This document shows, piece by piece, positions 61,960-64,000 of a stretch of DNA of 64,000 nucleotides. The position numbers and the translations under genes were made by a program. Source of the stretch: Raillietiella orientalis (lineage: Eukaryota); NCBI GenBank assembly GCA_036172245.1, contig JAYWIR010000001.1:6634001-6698000 (forward strand), read 5' to 3'. The stretch's first letter is position 1. Each line of letters starts with the position of its first letter. The notes under the pieces were generated by a model, which saw only the letters and a program-made list of their open reading frames with translations, ran no database searches and was not told the DNA's origin.

Positions 61960-63540
61960 GCAGCTTCCACTGATCTATTTATGGAAGCGAACAAGAATGG
62001 AAGTGCAGAAGAGCCAGAAGCAGCAACATGGAACGGAGGAATGTCTGAGGGGAAGTTCAAGATCTATTTATGGAAGCAGATCCAACTGGCCCCACCAGTG
62101 CCGGCCTGAACTAGTTTTCAGGCCTGCTCAGTCGGAATGCAAGATCAATTAAGCTGACAAGAAGACCAGACATCCTAACCGGAGTCGCTTTGCCCCTGGA
62201 AGAATGGCGCAGTGGGCAAGCAAACTCCTTCCCTCTCCAAACACTCTCTCTCCAACAAGTTTCTTCGTCTTCACCTCAGTGTAGGGAGAAAGAAAATGCT
62301 TAGAGAAGGCTCCAGGATATCGCAAGGAGCTCTAGAGAAAGAAAGAGCAAGTACTTAAAAGAATTCAGAACGAAAGACTTGCTGAAAACTGGAGCCCTCA
62401 TCAGAGACTGACGCCAGAAGGAAAACAAAAGAGAACCGAATCTTAGAACTTTTTATTCCTTCTCCTCTTCCGGACCATAGAGAGTTTCCAGTGCGTCAGA
62501 GTCGGGATGTAGCCGGAACTTTGAACCGAACGAAAGAATTGGGGTTAGATGTTAGCTCTTCCGGTTATTGTCGTGCTGAAGAAGCTTCATCTAATGTATC
62601 CGTCCTTCAAGAAGAATTGGCGCATTAGCTCTTTGGAGGTGTCCTTTGGAGACAGTGACGGCCGAATCTAGCAGCTTTCGTGCACACCGGAGGGCACCAG
62701 CAGGTGTGAGGATGATCCGATCGTCCCGTGTCTGGCTTACTCGGGACGATGCCAACGCTCGTTGCACTGGGATCCCCAGCGCACCGAAGGCGCTGATGCT
62801 TGCTACCATTTACAAGTAAGATGAAGCATTGTTCTTTGGCAGGCTGATGAGGGAAAGCAGCGCAGAAGAGAAATGAGGTCAGAGAGTGGCAGAAAACGAC
62901 GCAAATTAAGGGCAGGAGGTAGGTGCCAGAATCGAACGACTGAACAAAGTTTCCAAGCGGTCATTTAATGCTTCCTGACGCGTTGGTGATGTACCGGAAG
63001 CACAAGAGCTTGTCCAATGTAGAACAAGTTACCACTGCGTTCCTTCACGTTGCATTCTAAGCTGATTTCTAGGTAAGCTGGCGCCCCTAATCGGAATGCG
63101 TTTGGACATCTGAACGCAACTTCGTGGTTTCCTCCCTGAGTCGCAAGAGCCGATGCGAGCGGAGTTTAGAAACATCTTCGGTAGTCATTTCCTGACAGCT
63201 GAAGTCCCGGAATCAGTTTCTTCTAGCTTCTCACGACCCTTATCAAGGAATTGGAGATAAGTCAACAGCTACAGAATCCTCTTTAGGAGCCTCGATAGCG
63301 GAATTCAGCTGATTGCAAAAGACCATCGGTTCGAACTGCTAAGAAGAATGTGTATATCTAACCACCAGTCGCCTTCTCTCTGGAGATCTGCCGACGCGGC
63401 GGTATCCAAGATAGGAGAGAGTAACCACCAACTCAAGGGAGGTGTTTCGCAACTAACTTCGCCCTCAGGCGAAACGGAACGGAATGTTCTGAACCGGGGT
63501 CGAAACTGAAAAGATCCGTAGGGTGAATGCTTTCAGGGTA
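61960..63540 (-). pseudogene. Maverick major capsid protein remnant (copy 4, element I)
   Basis: DLFS..PVQNI (63516-63483; LDLFSxPPTQ), AYLEI, RRFLP, NASSYL, IPVQR, KGHLQR, TG..SNPNSF, in the expected order. Confidence 0.65.
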
Positions 63541-64000
63541 GCTGGAAACCAGTGGAAGCAACTACTTCCTCCCCTCCCGTCTCTTCCCGAAGCAGTCGCA
63601 ATCCCTCAGCAATCCTACTAATCACTGTTTAGAATCTTGGAGTATGCCATCCCGTGCTTATTTATTGGTCTTTCCTTCCCGGTCATGTCCCTAGTAGGGT
63701 TCGCACACATACACTCTTGTTTAGGTGCGACATACATTTGCCTGCTTCTTGTGGTGTTTTCTTATTCATGGCCCATGACTGCGGGATGCATTTCCGTATT
63801 GGAGTGGTTCATTCCATCCGTTTGATACGCAGAAAGCCACCTGTTCGCTCCAGGGAAGCGATGAGCCGAAGAAGGTGGAATTCCGGAAATATTCTTTTCT
63901 TCCCGTGTACTCTCAAACCTTCCCGAAATTCGCTTCTCTCGAGGAGAGAGTGGAACTTTTCAGGAATCGTTTGCATGTAATTTTCCATTTCGGTCCGATC

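Overview
This is an animal (eukaryotic) genomic window, almost entirely decayed transposable and endogenous-virus-like DNA. I find one intact host gene: calmodulin-lysine N-methyltransferase (CAMKMT, 9 exons, 19282-20690, seven introns of 33-52 nt) in an AT-rich island. The ORF track does not label the dominant signal because of frameshifts and stops: about 7 heavily eroded Maverick/Polinton (polintovirus-like) segments. They carry recognisable motifs of protein-primed PolB, DJR major capsid (4 copies), penton, adenain protease, A32-like packaging ATPase and RVE integrase. Between two co-oriented capsid-gene remnants lies a histone H3 pseudogene. HMG-box-, RPL36A-, homeobox- and Argonaute-PAZ-like remnants adjoin other Maverick pieces, suggesting Mavericks that carried host chromatin/silencing cargo. 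Younger layers are a GC-rich L1/Tx1-like LINE family (one ~7.1-kb copy; nested copies with 16-17-bp TSDs; hairpin 3' ends without poly-A), a ~1-kb tRNA-headed repeat family, and DIRS, piggyBac (2), mariner and Tigger remnants. All protein-family calls on decayed DNA come from by-eye motif matching against remembered consensus sequences, not from database searches, and their boundaries are approximate.
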